NCBI GenBank assembly: GCA_027492035.1 | Contig: JAOZFT010000004.1 | Span: 192,001 to 256,000, forward strand | From: Thermoproteota archaeon | GTDB lineage: Archaea; Korarchaeota; JAOZGF01; JAOZFZ01 | DNA length: 64,000 nt | Direction: 5' to 3' | In this document: positions 1 to 9,860 of the stretch, one piece after another | Layout of the letters: every line of letters begins with the position of its first letter | How positions within the stretch are numbered: the first letter of the stretch is position 1 | Position numbers and translations under genes: made by a program | Notes under the pieces: generated by a model | What the model was told of the DNA's origin: nothing | The model's database searches: none | The model's input: only the letters and a program-made list of their open reading frames with translations

Positions 1-191
1 AGGAAAAAAATACCCGCTACCATACTTGAAAATAAGATACATAACTTATAGTTCCTTTGCATAAACAGGGCGATGGCGATAGCTAGGGTGGCTAGGTCGC
101 TAAAGTTAGCTATTACAAGTATAAAGATGAGTAAAATGATTAAGAAGTTAATTAGCCGTTCAGAGGTTCCGTAACCAAGTACCTCTCTCAT
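1..191 (-). CDS. Partial membrane protein (runs off window start)
   Basis: Manual translation from ATG at 191 gives hydrophobic MREVLGYGTSERLINFLIILLIFILVIANFSDLATLAIAIALF..., open to position 1. Confidence 0.5.
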   Translation of the reverse strand, partial: MREVLGYGTSERLINFLIILLIFILVIANFSDLATLAIAIALFMQRNYKLCILFSSMVAGIFF

Positions 192-334
192 TTCATGAAA
201 ACCGTTAGAGGCTCTCTTTATGTTTTTAATGAAAGAAAAGTGCAGAAGCTTGGCTAGGTAAAATGTTTTGTAACATTAAAAAGTATTCTAAAAACTTTTT
301 TACAGAGCTATGAAAAAAGGGGAGGGAGAGAGGC

Positions 335-1180
335 TTAAATATATTCAACAATTCGCTGTGTAATTTCCCTATACTCTTCAACAGAAACTTGAAATGGTCT
401 TTTTTCCATCACTCCAAGTTGAGATAAAACATTTTCTAAAATTTCTTTTGAAATATTAAAGCTTCGAAGCTTTTCTTGTAAAGTGTTAACTGAATTCCTA
501 ATTTTTTTATTTCGATTACTGAAAAAGGCAGAAGTAATAGCTGTTAAGGTTTTTTCCTCAAGGTGGGTAAGAATTTTAGGTTTAGGCTCTAGTTTAAGAA
601 GCAAGGAATCCACCTTTGGAACCGGCCAGAAGCAGTTTTTCGGGACTTCCATAAGTTTTATGATACACGACTTCAAACGGGCATGAACCGTTAACCTACC
701 ATATTTTTTATTACCTATCTCCGCAACCAATCTCTCACCGAATTCTTTTTGAAAAGTTAAAATGGCTAATTTAAACTCTTGATTGAGCAAGTGAAAGAGA
801 AATTTGGAAGAAATAGAGTAAGGAACGTTAGAAATAACTTTGCAAGAAGACGGAAAATTGAAACGAAGCACATCCTTTTTAATTATTTTTACTTTGGAAT
901 TGCTGGAAAAAATTTTTTTTAAAAGGTAGACAAATCTCTCATCCTTTTCAATTAGAATTACTTCTTTTGCTAGAGGTAAAATCTTGCGAGATAAAACTCC
1001 TAATCCAGCTCCTACATCCACTACTATATCAGATTCTTTTATTTCAGCTTCCTGAATCATTTTATCCATTAAAGAAGAACAAACCATAAAATGTTGAGAT
1101 AATCTTTTTAAAGGCTTGATGTGGTACGTAGCCATCGTATCTTTTATAAAATCGATTATAAGCCTGTCAGGATCGTCCAT
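335..1180 (-). CDS. rsmA: 16S rRNA dimethyladenosine transferase (KsgA/Dim1)
   Basis: LSQHF, VGAGLG SAM motif, ISNVPYSISS, FQKEF, YGRL, FWPVPKVDS. Confidence 0.95.
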   Translation of the reverse strand: MDDPDRLIIDFIKDTMATYHIKPLKRLSQHFMVCSSLMDKMIQEAEIKESDIVVDVGAGLGVLSRKILPLAKEVILIEKDERFVYLLKKIFSSNSKVKIIKKDVLRFNFPSSCKVISNVPYSISSKFLFHLLNQEFKLAILTFQKEFGERLVAEIGNKKYGRLTVHARLKSCIIKLMEVPKNCFWPVPKVDSLLLKLEPKPKILTHLEEKTLTAITSAFFSNRNKKIRNSVNTLQEKLRSFNISKEILENVLSQLGVMEKRPFQVSVEEYREITQRIVEYI

Positions 1181-1775
1181 TAATCCCCCTTCTTAATCCA
1201 AACCCATGTGTGAACAAGTAATATTTGCAGTTTCCTTTGAGTTCATCCATTATCCTTTTAATTATTATCTTTTCAGGTTTCTTCAAACGTGTCCGTTGAG
1301 AAAGATCTAAAAAACTTACGAAGGGCTTCTTTTTCCTTTCCTCCAAAATACTCCACATAAGTTTCTTTCCTATCCCGGGGAGAAGTTCAAGTTCATTTAA
1401 TCTTTTGGTCAAGGGCTTTGCTGAGTTGAAAAAATCAACAAACCTACTTTCTTGCTCCTTAACTATCATCTCCAAGGCCTTCTCTAACTGATCCTTGGCT
1501 TGTGTCGTAAGTCTTTCGAAAGGAATAACACCTTTAACAAATTTTATCTTCGACCTCACCCCTTTCCCAATGAAGAGCCTTTCTCCAACAGAAATAGGTA
1601 ATCCCTCTATAGCAACCAGCTCTAAAAGCAGAAAATAATCAACACCTAATGCTTGGACAAGCGGCCTGAACCTTTTGGGTTTATTAAAATCTTCGGGATG
1701 GCCATCTGGTAAGTAATCTAGCGCATACGCTTCATTTTCATAAAGTTTCTTAGCAACACGCCTCATTCGGTTCAC
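1167..1775 (-). CDS. DUF655 family putative RNA-binding protein
   Basis: YALDYLPDG, LLELV, ELLPGIGKK HhH motif; usual position in the rpl21e-rpo4-DUF655-ksgA cluster. Confidence 0.9.
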   Translation of the reverse strand: MNRMRRVAKKLYENEAYALDYLPDGHPEDFNKPKRFRPLVQALGVDYFLLLELVAIEGLPISVGERLFIGKGVRSKIKFVKGVIPFERLTTQAKDQLEKALEMIVKEQESRFVDFFNSAKPLTKRLNELELLPGIGKKLMWSILEERKKKPFVSFLDLSQRTRLKKPEKIIIKRIMDELKGNCKYYLFTHGFGLRRGINGRS

Positions 1776-1776
1776 T

Positions 1777-2106
1777 TTATTCCTTCACATAACTAGTTAG
1801 TAAGTCAAGAATCTCTTTTAGTTTATTTTCATCGAAAACAAAATCCACTTTTTGCAGAATATTAATCAGTTCCGTTTTAGATGACGGTTTTGTATTTACT
1901 ATTTGAACTGAGATATTCCTGGGTAAGGAGTATTTTTCAGTTAAAGTGGCAATTATTTTCTTTGCGTCCTCAGCTTCGAACATAGAGAAGATGTTACAGT
2001 ATTCTAGAGTCAATTTTTGGAAATGTTTATATTCCTTTACACCCAGGTTCAGTAATAATTGTTTAACTTCAGGAATTGATATATCTTCCTCCTCTAAAAT
2101 TTCCAT
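1777..2106 (-). CDS. rpo4: RNA polymerase subunit Rpo4 (RpoF)
   Basis: EEEDISIPEVKQLL...QIVNTKPSSKTEL HRDC-like pattern; synteny; start moved to ATG at 2106 after a GGAGG SD. Confidence 0.85.
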   Translation of the reverse strand: MEILEEEDISIPEVKQLLLNLGVKEYKHFQKLTLEYCNIFSMFEAEDAKKIIATLTEKYSLPRNISVQIVNTKPSSKTELINILQKVDFVFDENKLKEILDLLTSYVKE

Positions 2107-2119
2107 TTCATCCCTCCTT

Positions 2120-2416
2120 CTAATCAGGAAAAGCACGAAGATGCTCAGGTCTAACTATGATTATCTTGTTTTTTCCGCCATCTTTCACTCTAACTAAGTA
2201 AGAGGACCCCCTTTCAGAAATTACTGAACCTAGTTTCCCATGGAAACGCGGATGAGGCATTCCTTTATGTACGGAAGGATTAATTTTTATAACCACTTTA
2301 TCCTCTGGTTTATACTCATGCAGAACCACGGAAGCTGGTATTAACCCCCTTTCCCTAACTTTTTTACTTAATTTTTTACGAGTTTTTCGCCTAGGGCCTT
2401 TACTTTTCTTAGTCAA
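2120..2416 (-). CDS. rpl21e: 50S ribosomal protein eL21
   Basis: SKGPRRKTR, INPSVHKGMPHPRFHGKLG, RPEHL. Confidence 0.97.
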   Translation of the reverse strand: MTKKSKGPRRKTRKKLSKKVRERGLIPASVVLHEYKPEDKVVIKINPSVHKGMPHPRFHGKLGSVISERGSSYLVRVKDGGKNKIIIVRPEHLRAFPD

Positions 2417-2419
2417 CTC

Positions 2420-3607
2420 TCAATAACCCCCCTTAAGCCTTTCAAGCCCAGAGCCTATATTCTCTGCAACATAAACAACGTCAAGCTCCAAAAATTTAAC
2501 CTTTTTCTTTAACACATCCAAAAGACTGGGCGTTGTTCTGCCCTCATCCCCGTTAACAAATTCCTTAATGTACAGTCCACCCTCACTTAAAATTATTAAC
2601 TCAAGTTCATTATTTGAAATTTTCTTAGCTCTTATGTCGTAAATCTTTTTAAATCTGACCTTATCTGTTCTATGGGAAAGAACTCTAGTCGGTGTTTTTT
2701 GTTTTATTACACAGTTTTTCAGTGTTCCCTCGATTTTTTCAAGGTCTTTACAGGAGACACCTTCCTCAACAGCCACAACGACACGATACACTTTTTTAAG
2801 TTTGGGGGATAAAGCTTTCAAGCGTCGCATTTCATCACGAGAGGAAAAAGTTAGATTCAGAACTTGAATTTTTCCTTTTCCATATTTATTAATTTCCTTT
2901 TCGATCTTGTCTAAATCAACCTTTCTTTTTTTTGGATCAAGCAACTCAACAACAAATGGACGGCCGTTACCTAACATTCTTGCATCAACGTCTTCCCTTC
3001 CTACACCATGAAATTTAGATTTCGAGGCGTTAAAGTGGTTTATCAAAGGGGTCGTTATCAATTCTTCAACTGAAGGAAGACTGGAACTGTTTCGAAAATT
3101 TTTAGTTTGTAAGAGTCCTCTAACTAGTTTAAGGTATCTTCCCTTAATGAAAAGCGGCGCTGCTTTAACTTCCACGTCCCTTTTAATAAAATTGACAGTT
3201 ATGTAAAGATCTGGTTTCCCATGAGTTGATTCTAAATTTGTTTTTTCTCTCAGTAAATTACTAATTTTTAGATTTAAAGCAGTTTTAATACTCATTTTTG
3301 GGTATAAGTTAAACCTTGAAATAAACTCTTCCTCGCGAAAAAGCATTATTTTCGGAATTATTGAGCTGATGTTGAAGCTATTACCTTCATAGTTCTCCAA
3401 TTTGGACATAATCATCTCAATAAACCCAGGAATTTCGGAAAAGTAGTTTAAACAAAAATAACATTCATTAGGTTTAGCATGGAAAGTTTTTAAACATGAA
3501 TAAGAAGGAACATGTTTCTCTAAATACAAAGAAAAACAATTTCGGCAAAGAAAATGCTTTTTCAAGAAATTTTCCATTGAAGGAGAAAGCCTGGCTAAGC
3601 AAGACAT
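2420..3607 (-). CDS. pus10: tRNA pseudouridine 54/55 synthase Pus10
   Basis: GREDVDARMLGNGRPF, QKTPTRV, GGLYIKEFVNGDEGRTTPS. Confidence 0.95.
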   Translation of the reverse strand: MSCLARLSPSMENFLKKHFLCRNCFSLYLEKHVPSYSCLKTFHAKPNECYFCLNYFSEIPGFIEMIMSKLENYEGNSFNISSIIPKIMLFREEEFISRFNLYPKMSIKTALNLKISNLLREKTNLESTHGKPDLYITVNFIKRDVEVKAAPLFIKGRYLKLVRGLLQTKNFRNSSSLPSVEELITTPLINHFNASKSKFHGVGREDVDARMLGNGRPFVVELLDPKKRKVDLDKIEKEINKYGKGKIQVLNLTFSSRDEMRRLKALSPKLKKVYRVVVAVEEGVSCKDLEKIEGTLKNCVIKQKTPTRVLSHRTDKVRFKKIYDIRAKKISNNELELIILSEGGLYIKEFVNGDEGRTTPSLLDVLKKKVKFLELDVVYVAENIGSGLERLKGGY

Positions 3608-3620
3608 AAAAAAACACTTT

Positions 3621-4967
3621 TTATAGACTCTGTAGGGGGAGGGAGGTGAAAGGAAGTTTACCCTTTTTCAAAGATTTCTGCTTCATAATTTTCCTGATCA
3701 TCTTTTTCGTCTCCTTGTAATATTTTAGGAGAGTTCTTACATCTTTAGGAGTAGTTCCAGAACCAAAAGCTATTCTTCTAATTCTGGATTTATCAATTAT
3801 GTCTGGATTAATAAGTTCTGCCTTAGTCATTGATTGCATTATAATCTTCCATTTCTCAATATTTGCCTGTATCTGTTTCTCGGTAGATCCTGGAAGAGAA
3901 TACTTAAAGCCTGGCAAATACTCGACTATTTTCTTAAAGGGACCTAACCTATACATAGCATTTATTTGCTCCATTAAATCATAAAGAGTAAACTTGCCCG
4001 AAATAATTCTCTCAATTTTTTCTTTACTAGGTTTCTCTTCCAGTTCCTCTATTTTCCTCAATAAGCCTTTAACGTCACCTAGCCCAAGCAGTCGAGAAAC
4101 AAAACTTTCAGCATTGAATTGTTCAATGTCCGAAACTTTTTCTCCAGTACCTATGAAAGCTATTGTAGCGTTTGTGGCGGCTACGGCTGATATAGCCCCT
4201 CCTCCTTTAGCTGTACCGTCTAATTTTGTTAAAAATATGTACCCGAGATCCGTGTGTTTTTTGAAGGCCTCTGCTTGCTTATAAGCCTGTTGACCAATAG
4301 TTGAATCTACCACGAGCATAGTCTTATCTGGTTTTATTTTTTCAACCATTTCCTGCATTTCAGAAAATAGCTTCTTTTCCTTTCTATGTCGTCCTGCAGT
4401 GTCAATTATAAAAACATTTGATCCTTGTTGTTTAAGCTCTTTAATTCCATTCTTTACTATTTTTAAAGCGTTTTTACTGGATAGATCCCCGTAAAAGTCC
4501 GCTCCCGCTTCTTCACTTAATTGTTTCAATTGTTCAAATGCACCAGGCCTATAAGTGTCAGCACAAATTACACCTGGTTTTCTCCCTCTAGATTTGAAGT
4601 AATACGCCAATTTAGCAGCAGAAGTAGTTTTACCAGAGCCTTGCAAACCTACAAGCAAAATAATTTTGCCATCAAAAGGTTTTCTTTCCTCCTTTTTACC
4701 AAGTAAATCAATAAGCTCTTGATATATTGTGGCGATTGTGTAAACTCTTCTATTCAAGGCTGGAGGTAACTTTCTATTTAAAACTTTATTTTTAACCCTT
4801 TCAGAGAGAGAAAAAACTAAATTGACATCTACATCTGCCTGTATAAGAGCCCTTTGAATATCTTTCAAAGCTTCATTGATTATTCTTTCATTTAGAGTAG
4901 GGTACTTCAAAAGTTTCCTAATGGCTAAGTTGAGTTGCTTACCTAGAGCATCCAGCATCCAAACCAA
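3621..4967 (-). CDS. srp54: Signal recognition particle protein SRP54
   Basis: GLQGSGKTT, DTYRPGA, DTAGRH, TKLDGTAKGGGA, C-terminal M domain. Confidence 0.97.
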   Translation of the reverse strand: MVWMLDALGKQLNLAIRKLLKYPTLNERIINEALKDIQRALIQADVDVNLVFSLSERVKNKVLNRKLPPALNRRVYTIATIYQELIDLLGKKEERKPFDGKIILLVGLQGSGKTTSAAKLAYYFKSRGRKPGVICADTYRPGAFEQLKQLSEEAGADFYGDLSSKNALKIVKNGIKELKQQGSNVFIIDTAGRHRKEKKLFSEMQEMVEKIKPDKTMLVVDSTIGQQAYKQAEAFKKHTDLGYIFLTKLDGTAKGGGAISAVAATNATIAFIGTGEKVSDIEQFNAESFVSRLLGLGDVKGLLRKIEELEEKPSKEKIERIISGKFTLYDLMEQINAMYRLGPFKKIVEYLPGFKYSLPGSTEKQIQANIEKWKIIMQSMTKAELINPDIIDKSRIRRIAFGSGTTPKDVRTLLKYYKETKKMIRKIMKQKSLKKGKLPFTSLPLQSL

Positions 4968-4975
4968 CTTATAAA

Positions 4976-5374
4976 CTACTTAACCTGCATTATTTTTTGA
5001 TAACCTAAAGAAGACCACACAGTCACTTCTTTGCCTATTTCTACTTGCGACTTTAACTCTTCATTATCTGGAAAAGGAACTTCAAAAACTTCATAAGTTT
5101 CTAAATCCATAACTTGAACAAATTCACCTGGAATCGCTATGACTTGACATGTCCTCTTTTTAATTATGGGAGTGTCTACAATGGCATCTACAGGGCTAAC
5201 TATACTTTTTCTTTTGTTTGTAAAAACACCTATAGCCGTTATGCGTGCTTTGGCGGCTCCATGTTTCCCTGGTTTAGATTTTTCAACCGAGACAACCCTA
5301 TAAGGTTCTGACTCAATTACTATATAGCTTCCCTTCTTTAATTTTCCTACTTCGGTAGGTCTTGTTTCACTCAA
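4976..5374 (-). CDS. eif5a: Translation factor aIF-5A
   Basis: KSKPGKHGAAKAR hypusine motif. Confidence 0.97.
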   Translation of the reverse strand: MSETRPTEVGKLKKGSYIVIESEPYRVVSVEKSKPGKHGAAKARITAIGVFTNKRKSIVSPVDAIVDTPIIKKRTCQVIAIPGEFVQVMDLETYEVFEVPFPDNEELKSQVEIGKEVTVWSSLGYQKIMQVK

Positions 5375-5485
5375 TTTTTTCCCAACCCCTAAAAAATTTA
5401 GTTTTAAAAGAGAGGAAATAGGTGAGGTTATTTAAAAGCCTGAATTTTTATAACCTCTTTTTATTTTTAAAATCTACGTGCTTAA

Positions 5486-6388
5486 ATGATAAAGTGGTTA
5501 AGGTTAAAGGAGATGGAAGACCTGTTTGAGAAAGTTTTCATAGTTTCAAGAGTGGATAAACAAGAAGCTAAACAAGTTTTAACTTTAGCAATTAATCTCC
5601 TAAAAAATAAAACTACAGAATTATATGTAGTAAGTGATGCTGCTGGTTTGGTGGAAAAGCCGGAATTAAGCCGCCCATTAAATGAAGTGAGGAGCATAAA
5701 GCCGAGTTTATTGGTTTCAATCGGAGGCGATGGAACTATCCTATGGCTTCACAACAGAATACAGGAAGAAACTCCCCCAATTCTACCGGTTAAAGTTGGA
5801 ACCTTTGGCTTCCTAAGTGAGATAACCCCTGACCAACTGGGAAGGGCAATAGCTAAAATAGAGAAAAATTCCTTCTACATAGAAAGGAGAGCCAAGCTTA
5901 AGTTAAAAGTAAATAAAATAGAAAAGGATTTCCTCAATGAAGCAACTATAATAACGAAAACTTGTAAATGTTCCAATTTACAAATAAGTATAGAAAAAGA
6001 AAAGCTAATCCAAGGGTTAATGGATGGATGTTTAGTCTCGACACCAACAGGGTCTTTAGCATATAACTTAAGCGCAGGCGGCCCAGTTGTTGATCCAGAA
6101 ACCGAAGTATCAATTGTTACATTATTAAACCCTTGGCCGTTCGCAAGCTTCACCCCGATAAAAAGGATAGTAGTGCCAATGAACAAAAGAATTTCAGTTA
6201 CAAACATAGATAAGAAGGAGGTAGCAGTATTTGCTGACGGTGAGAAAGTGACTGAAATCAAGAAACTTGAAAAAGTGGAAGTGGAGAAATCTCCCAAAAA
6301 AATAAGTTTCGTAAGATTTGACAAAAACTTTTTCTATAAGAGGTTTAGAAATTGGAGGAAGAAAATTCCGAAACGATTTATGTTCTAG
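5486..6388 (+). CDS. nadK: NAD kinase
   Basis: IGGDGT, GFL, LNE, STPTGSLAYNLSAGGP. Confidence 0.93.
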   Translation: MIKWLRLKEMEDLFEKVFIVSRVDKQEAKQVLTLAINLLKNKTTELYVVSDAAGLVEKPELSRPLNEVRSIKPSLLVSIGGDGTILWLHNRIQEETPPILPVKVGTFGFLSEITPDQLGRAIAKIEKNSFYIERRAKLKLKVNKIEKDFLNEATIITKTCKCSNLQISIEKEKLIQGLMDGCLVSTPTGSLAYNLSAGGPVVDPETEVSIVTLLNPWPFASFTPIKRIVVPMNKRISVTNIDKKEVAVFADGEKVTEIKKLEKVEVEKSPKKISFVRFDKNFFYKRFRNWRKKIPKRFMF

Positions 6389-6891
6389 ACACTTCAGCAT
6401 TAGCTTTCATCAACTCATTAAAAGGATTTAGGAGGGGATACATAGCAGAAGAAACAAAAAAGGAGCTGCGGCACTTCAAAACAAAATTAGTTTTTGAAGC
6501 ACTAATTCATTCTCAAAGGCTTCAAGTGAAGCCTGTGAATAAAAAATTTTTGAAAGAAACAGTTAAAAAAGCAAATGAAACAGGGGAATATTTGAGACTG
6601 TCCAAAACAGACTTGTACACGGTTGCTCTCGCTCACCAAATCAAAAAAGAGGAAGGAAAGAAAGTAATCGTTCTAACAGATGATTACACAATTCAAAACT
6701 TATGCGAACACATGGAAATAGATTGGAAACCTGTAAAGGAGCGAGGAATAAGGAAAGTTGCCAAATGGGAGCTGAAATGTACATCTTGCGGCAAAATATG
6801 GAGAAATACAGAAATAGAAATATGCCCCATCTGTGGAGGTAAATTAAAAAAGAGAATGATCTTCCAAGACAATGGAGAGACAAAAAAATGA
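6352..6891 (+). CDS. nob1: Endoribonuclease Nob1 (PIN domain + Zn ribbon)
   Basis: YVLDTSA, LSKTD, TDDYTIQN, CTSC...CPICG. Confidence 0.92.
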   Translation: MEEENSETIYVLDTSALAFINSLKGFRRGYIAEETKKELRHFKTKLVFEALIHSQRLQVKPVNKKFLKETVKKANETGEYLRLSKTDLYTVALAHQIKKEEGKKVIVLTDDYTIQNLCEHMEIDWKPVKERGIRKVAKWELKCTSCGKIWRNTEIEICPICGGKLKKRMIFQDNGETKK

Positions 6892-7625
6892 TTATAACAT
6901 ATGTAATAGGGAGCGCTGGCTCCGGAAAAACCTTGTTCACTTTGGCACTAAAAACTCAGTTAACATACAGTGAAGAAAACATTATTTCAGTAAATTTGGA
7001 CCCGGCAGTTAAAAAAACACCTTACTCACCAGAAGTAGACATAAGAGACTATGTCAACATAGATAACATTGTTTTCGAAGAAGAAGTAGGGCCTAATGCC
7101 GCATTAATGCTGTCCTATGAGAAAGCCACCACAGTCATTGACCAAATAATTAGGGACATAAATTATTACTCCCCTGAAGTAGTGATAATAGACACCCCAG
7201 GCCAGTTAGAATTGTTCATACTTAAAAAAGTAGGTTTAGACGTGATAAACAGTTTAAGAATAGATAAACAACTTGCTTTTTATTTGATAGATTCACATGC
7301 AGCCCTAGATGCAGAGGATCTCATTACTCAACTCTTACTAGCCACTATTTGCCATTTTCGGTTGAAAATGCCCATATATCTAGTGCTTTCAAAAACAGAT
7401 TTGGTTACAGACAAGGAAGTAGATATACTTTGTGAAAGAATAAAAAAACCCAGTGAACTCCTAAAGGAGTTGAACAAAAAACACGAAGTAGGAGACATAG
7501 ATCTACATACAATTAGATATCTTGAAACATACGAAGGCTTCGGGGAAGTCTTACCTACTTCAGCATTAGCAATGAAAGGGTTCGACAATGTGTATTTAGT
7601 TATTGATTCATACAAAAATTTATAA
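6888..7625 (+). CDS. GPN-loop GTPase
   Basis: GSAGSGKT, NLDPAV, GPN motif, DTPGQLE. Confidence 0.92.
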   Translation: MIITYVIGSAGSGKTLFTLALKTQLTYSEENIISVNLDPAVKKTPYSPEVDIRDYVNIDNIVFEEEVGPNAALMLSYEKATTVIDQIIRDINYYSPEVVIIDTPGQLELFILKKVGLDVINSLRIDKQLAFYLIDSHAALDAEDLITQLLLATICHFRLKMPIYLVLSKTDLVTDKEVDILCERIKKPSELLKELNKKHEVGDIDLHTIRYLETYEGFGEVLPTSALAMKGFDNVYLVIDSYKNL

Positions 7626-7693
7626 GGAAACTTAAAATGAATTAAGAAATAAGGAAAAGTAACGGTTGAGAAAGACAAAGGAGATGTAAAAGG

Positions 7694-8227
7694 ATGCCAT
7701 TAAGACCAGGTAGGAGTTACAGAAATTATAACGGCCCAGCATTTACCAGACTAGAATATATGAACGTGAAACCTAAATCCAAATTAATGAAGGTCACCAT
7801 GGGAAACCCGAACCGGGACTATGATTACAGAGTAAAATTAGTCGCCAAAGAACAATTACAAATAAGGCATAACGCACTTGAGGCTGCAAGGATGGCTGCA
7901 AACAGGTATTTAACAACAAAAGCAAGCAAGGAATCCTTTTATTTAGTTATGAAAACGATCCCCCACCAGATCCTAAGAGAAAACCCAATACTTAACACAA
8001 CCCATGCTGATAGGTGGCAGGAGGGAATGAGGAAAGCATTTGGGAAAAACATAGGGTTAGCTGCAAGGGTTAAACCCGGTTCAGTAGTGATGGAAGCCAT
8101 GATAAAGGAAGATGCACTGCCAATCGCTAAAGAAGCTCTAAGAAGAGCTGCAAGTAAACTACCTAAAAAATATAAAATAGTAATAGAGAAAATGAATGGA
8201 CAACAGAAAAATGAAAATAAATCTTAA
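7694..8227 (+). CDS. rpl10e: 50S ribosomal protein uL16 (L10e)
   Basis: QIRHNALEAAR, ADRWQEGMRKAFGK. Confidence 0.97.
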   Translation: MPLRPGRSYRNYNGPAFTRLEYMNVKPKSKLMKVTMGNPNRDYDYRVKLVAKEQLQIRHNALEAARMAANRYLTTKASKESFYLVMKTIPHQILRENPILNTTHADRWQEGMRKAFGKNIGLAARVKPGSVVMEAMIKEDALPIAKEALRRAASKLPKKYKIVIEKMNGQQKNENKS

Positions 8228-9185
8228 CATAGACAAAGTGATAGAAACAATAAAAGAAAAGAAATATAAGGTAATTGCTTTAGAGGGACCTGAAGGCTTA
8301 AAACCGAAAATAAAAGATGTTGCAGAAAAAATTGAGGAAGAAACGGGAGCAACAGTAATTACTGTAGGTGAACCTTGCAGAGGTGCCTGTGACTTAAAAA
8401 ATGAAATTCTACCAAAAAATGTAGAAGCTATTTTCCATTTCGGCCACAAAAAGATGTTAAATACCATTAAAAACGTTTACTACCTAGAAGCAACAATAGA
8501 TTGCCCTAATTGGACAAAGAAAATAGAAAGAGAAATCCAGAAACTTGATGAAACAAAAAGGATAGTTGTTGTAACAACTAGCCCTTACGAGGAGTTAGCT
8601 AAAAAGACAGCAAGATACATCTTAAAAAGAGGAATGAAAATACATACCACAGAAAAGGGGCATCCAACCGTGATAAATGTTTTAGGATGTCAAGTAAAGG
8701 AAATAGAAGGAGTTGATAAAGAAACTGACCTTTATTTATTCATTGGAGACGGAGTTTTCCATCCTTTAGGAGTTGCGCTTAACACAACAAAGAAAGTCTA
8801 CCAAATAGGCCCTGAGGCACCTATATTGAGAAACCTCAGCCAATACAGAAACAAAATACTGAAAAAAAGGCTTTTAGTTATAGAAAAGGCGAGAGAAAAA
8901 AAGAAATTTGGAGTGATACTGGGCCTAAAGCCTGGGCAAAGAAAACTAAAAGAAGCCATGCAAATAAAAGAAAAATTAAAGAAGGCAGGTTACAAAGCAG
9001 TAATTATAGCTTTAGATGAAATAAATCCAGAAAAAATAATTAATTTCCCGGACCTAGAAGCAATAGTTAACACAGCTTGTCCCAGAGTTTCAATTGACGA
9101 CCAACAAAACTTCCACGTACCTGTATTGACAACAAAAGAGGCTGAGTATATGTTAAAGCTCATAGGGAGGTATAAACCATTCTAA
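8211..9185 (+). CDS. dph2: Diphthamide biosynthesis protein Dph2
   Basis: PEGLK, PCRGACD, HFGH, VLGC, GDGVFH, KPGQ, TACPRVSIDD. Confidence 0.93.
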   Translation: MKINLNIDKVIETIKEKKYKVIALEGPEGLKPKIKDVAEKIEEETGATVITVGEPCRGACDLKNEILPKNVEAIFHFGHKKMLNTIKNVYYLEATIDCPNWTKKIEREIQKLDETKRIVVVTTSPYEELAKKTARYILKRGMKIHTTEKGHPTVINVLGCQVKEIEGVDKETDLYLFIGDGVFHPLGVALNTTKKVYQIGPEAPILRNLSQYRNKILKKRLLVIEKAREKKKFGVILGLKPGQRKLKEAMQIKEKLKKAGYKAVIIALDEINPEKIINFPDLEAIVNTACPRVSIDDQQNFHVPVLTTKEAEYMLKLIGRYKPF

Positions 9186-9811
9186 GAATTAAACCCCTCA
9201 CCCAAAAAAATTTAGAAATAATATTAGAGAAACTGAAAAAACCTGAGAAATTAAACTACAAATTAGAACAATATGTTACGCCTTCAAAATTAGCAGCGGA
9301 CTTGCTTCATTTTGCTTACATGCAGGGGGACATAGAAGGCAGAAAGGTAATCGATTTAGGTTGCGGAAATGGCATATTAAGTATAGGGGCTTGGTTACTT
9401 GGAGCTAAAACAGTTACAGGCGTAGAAATAGATAATAAATTACTTCAATTAGCTATACAAAACAGTAAAGTATTTAAAGCCCAAATAAAATGGCTGAACT
9501 TAGATATAAGGGAGTTAAAAGGAGAGTATGACACAGTTCTCCAGAATCCCCCATTCGGAACAAAGAAAAGATCAACCGACATTTTATTCCTTAAAAAGGC
9601 TTTACAGTTAGGAAAAGTAGTTTATAGCATTCACAAGTCAGGCAATAGGTTATTTATAAGCAAAAAAGCTAGGGAAAACAGAGGAATTGTAACCCATGTT
9701 CTGCAACGTGAAATACAAATACCATGGTGTTATATCTTCCATATAAAACCAAAATACACAGTGGAAGTGGAAGTCTATCGCATAGTCCGGCAAAATCAAG
9801 TCAAATTATAA
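9179..9811 (+). CDS. METTL5-like N6-adenine RNA methyltransferase; probable ATT start
   Basis: LEQYVTP, DLGCGNG, NPPFG, VVYSIHK; conserved N-terminus lies upstream of the first canonical start at 9302. Confidence 0.85.
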   Translation: MLRIKPLTQKNLEIILEKLKKPEKLNYKLEQYVTPSKLAADLLHFAYMQGDIEGRKVIDLGCGNGILSIGAWLLGAKTVTGVEIDNKLLQLAIQNSKVFKAQIKWLNLDIRELKGEYDTVLQNPPFGTKKRSTDILFLKKALQLGKVVYSIHKSGNRLFISKKARENRGIVTHVLQREIQIPWCYIFHIKPKYTVEVEVYRIVRQNQVKL

Positions 9812-9860
9812 GGCCTAATTAAAAGATTTATGAAGACGATGAAGAAGAGGTGGTAACGCT

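Noticed and set aside
9160-9205. BHB intron fusing dph2 to the METTL5-like gene
   Set aside because: No convincing 4-bp helix with two 3-nt bulges could be drawn; dph2 ends normally and an SD plus ATT start is simpler
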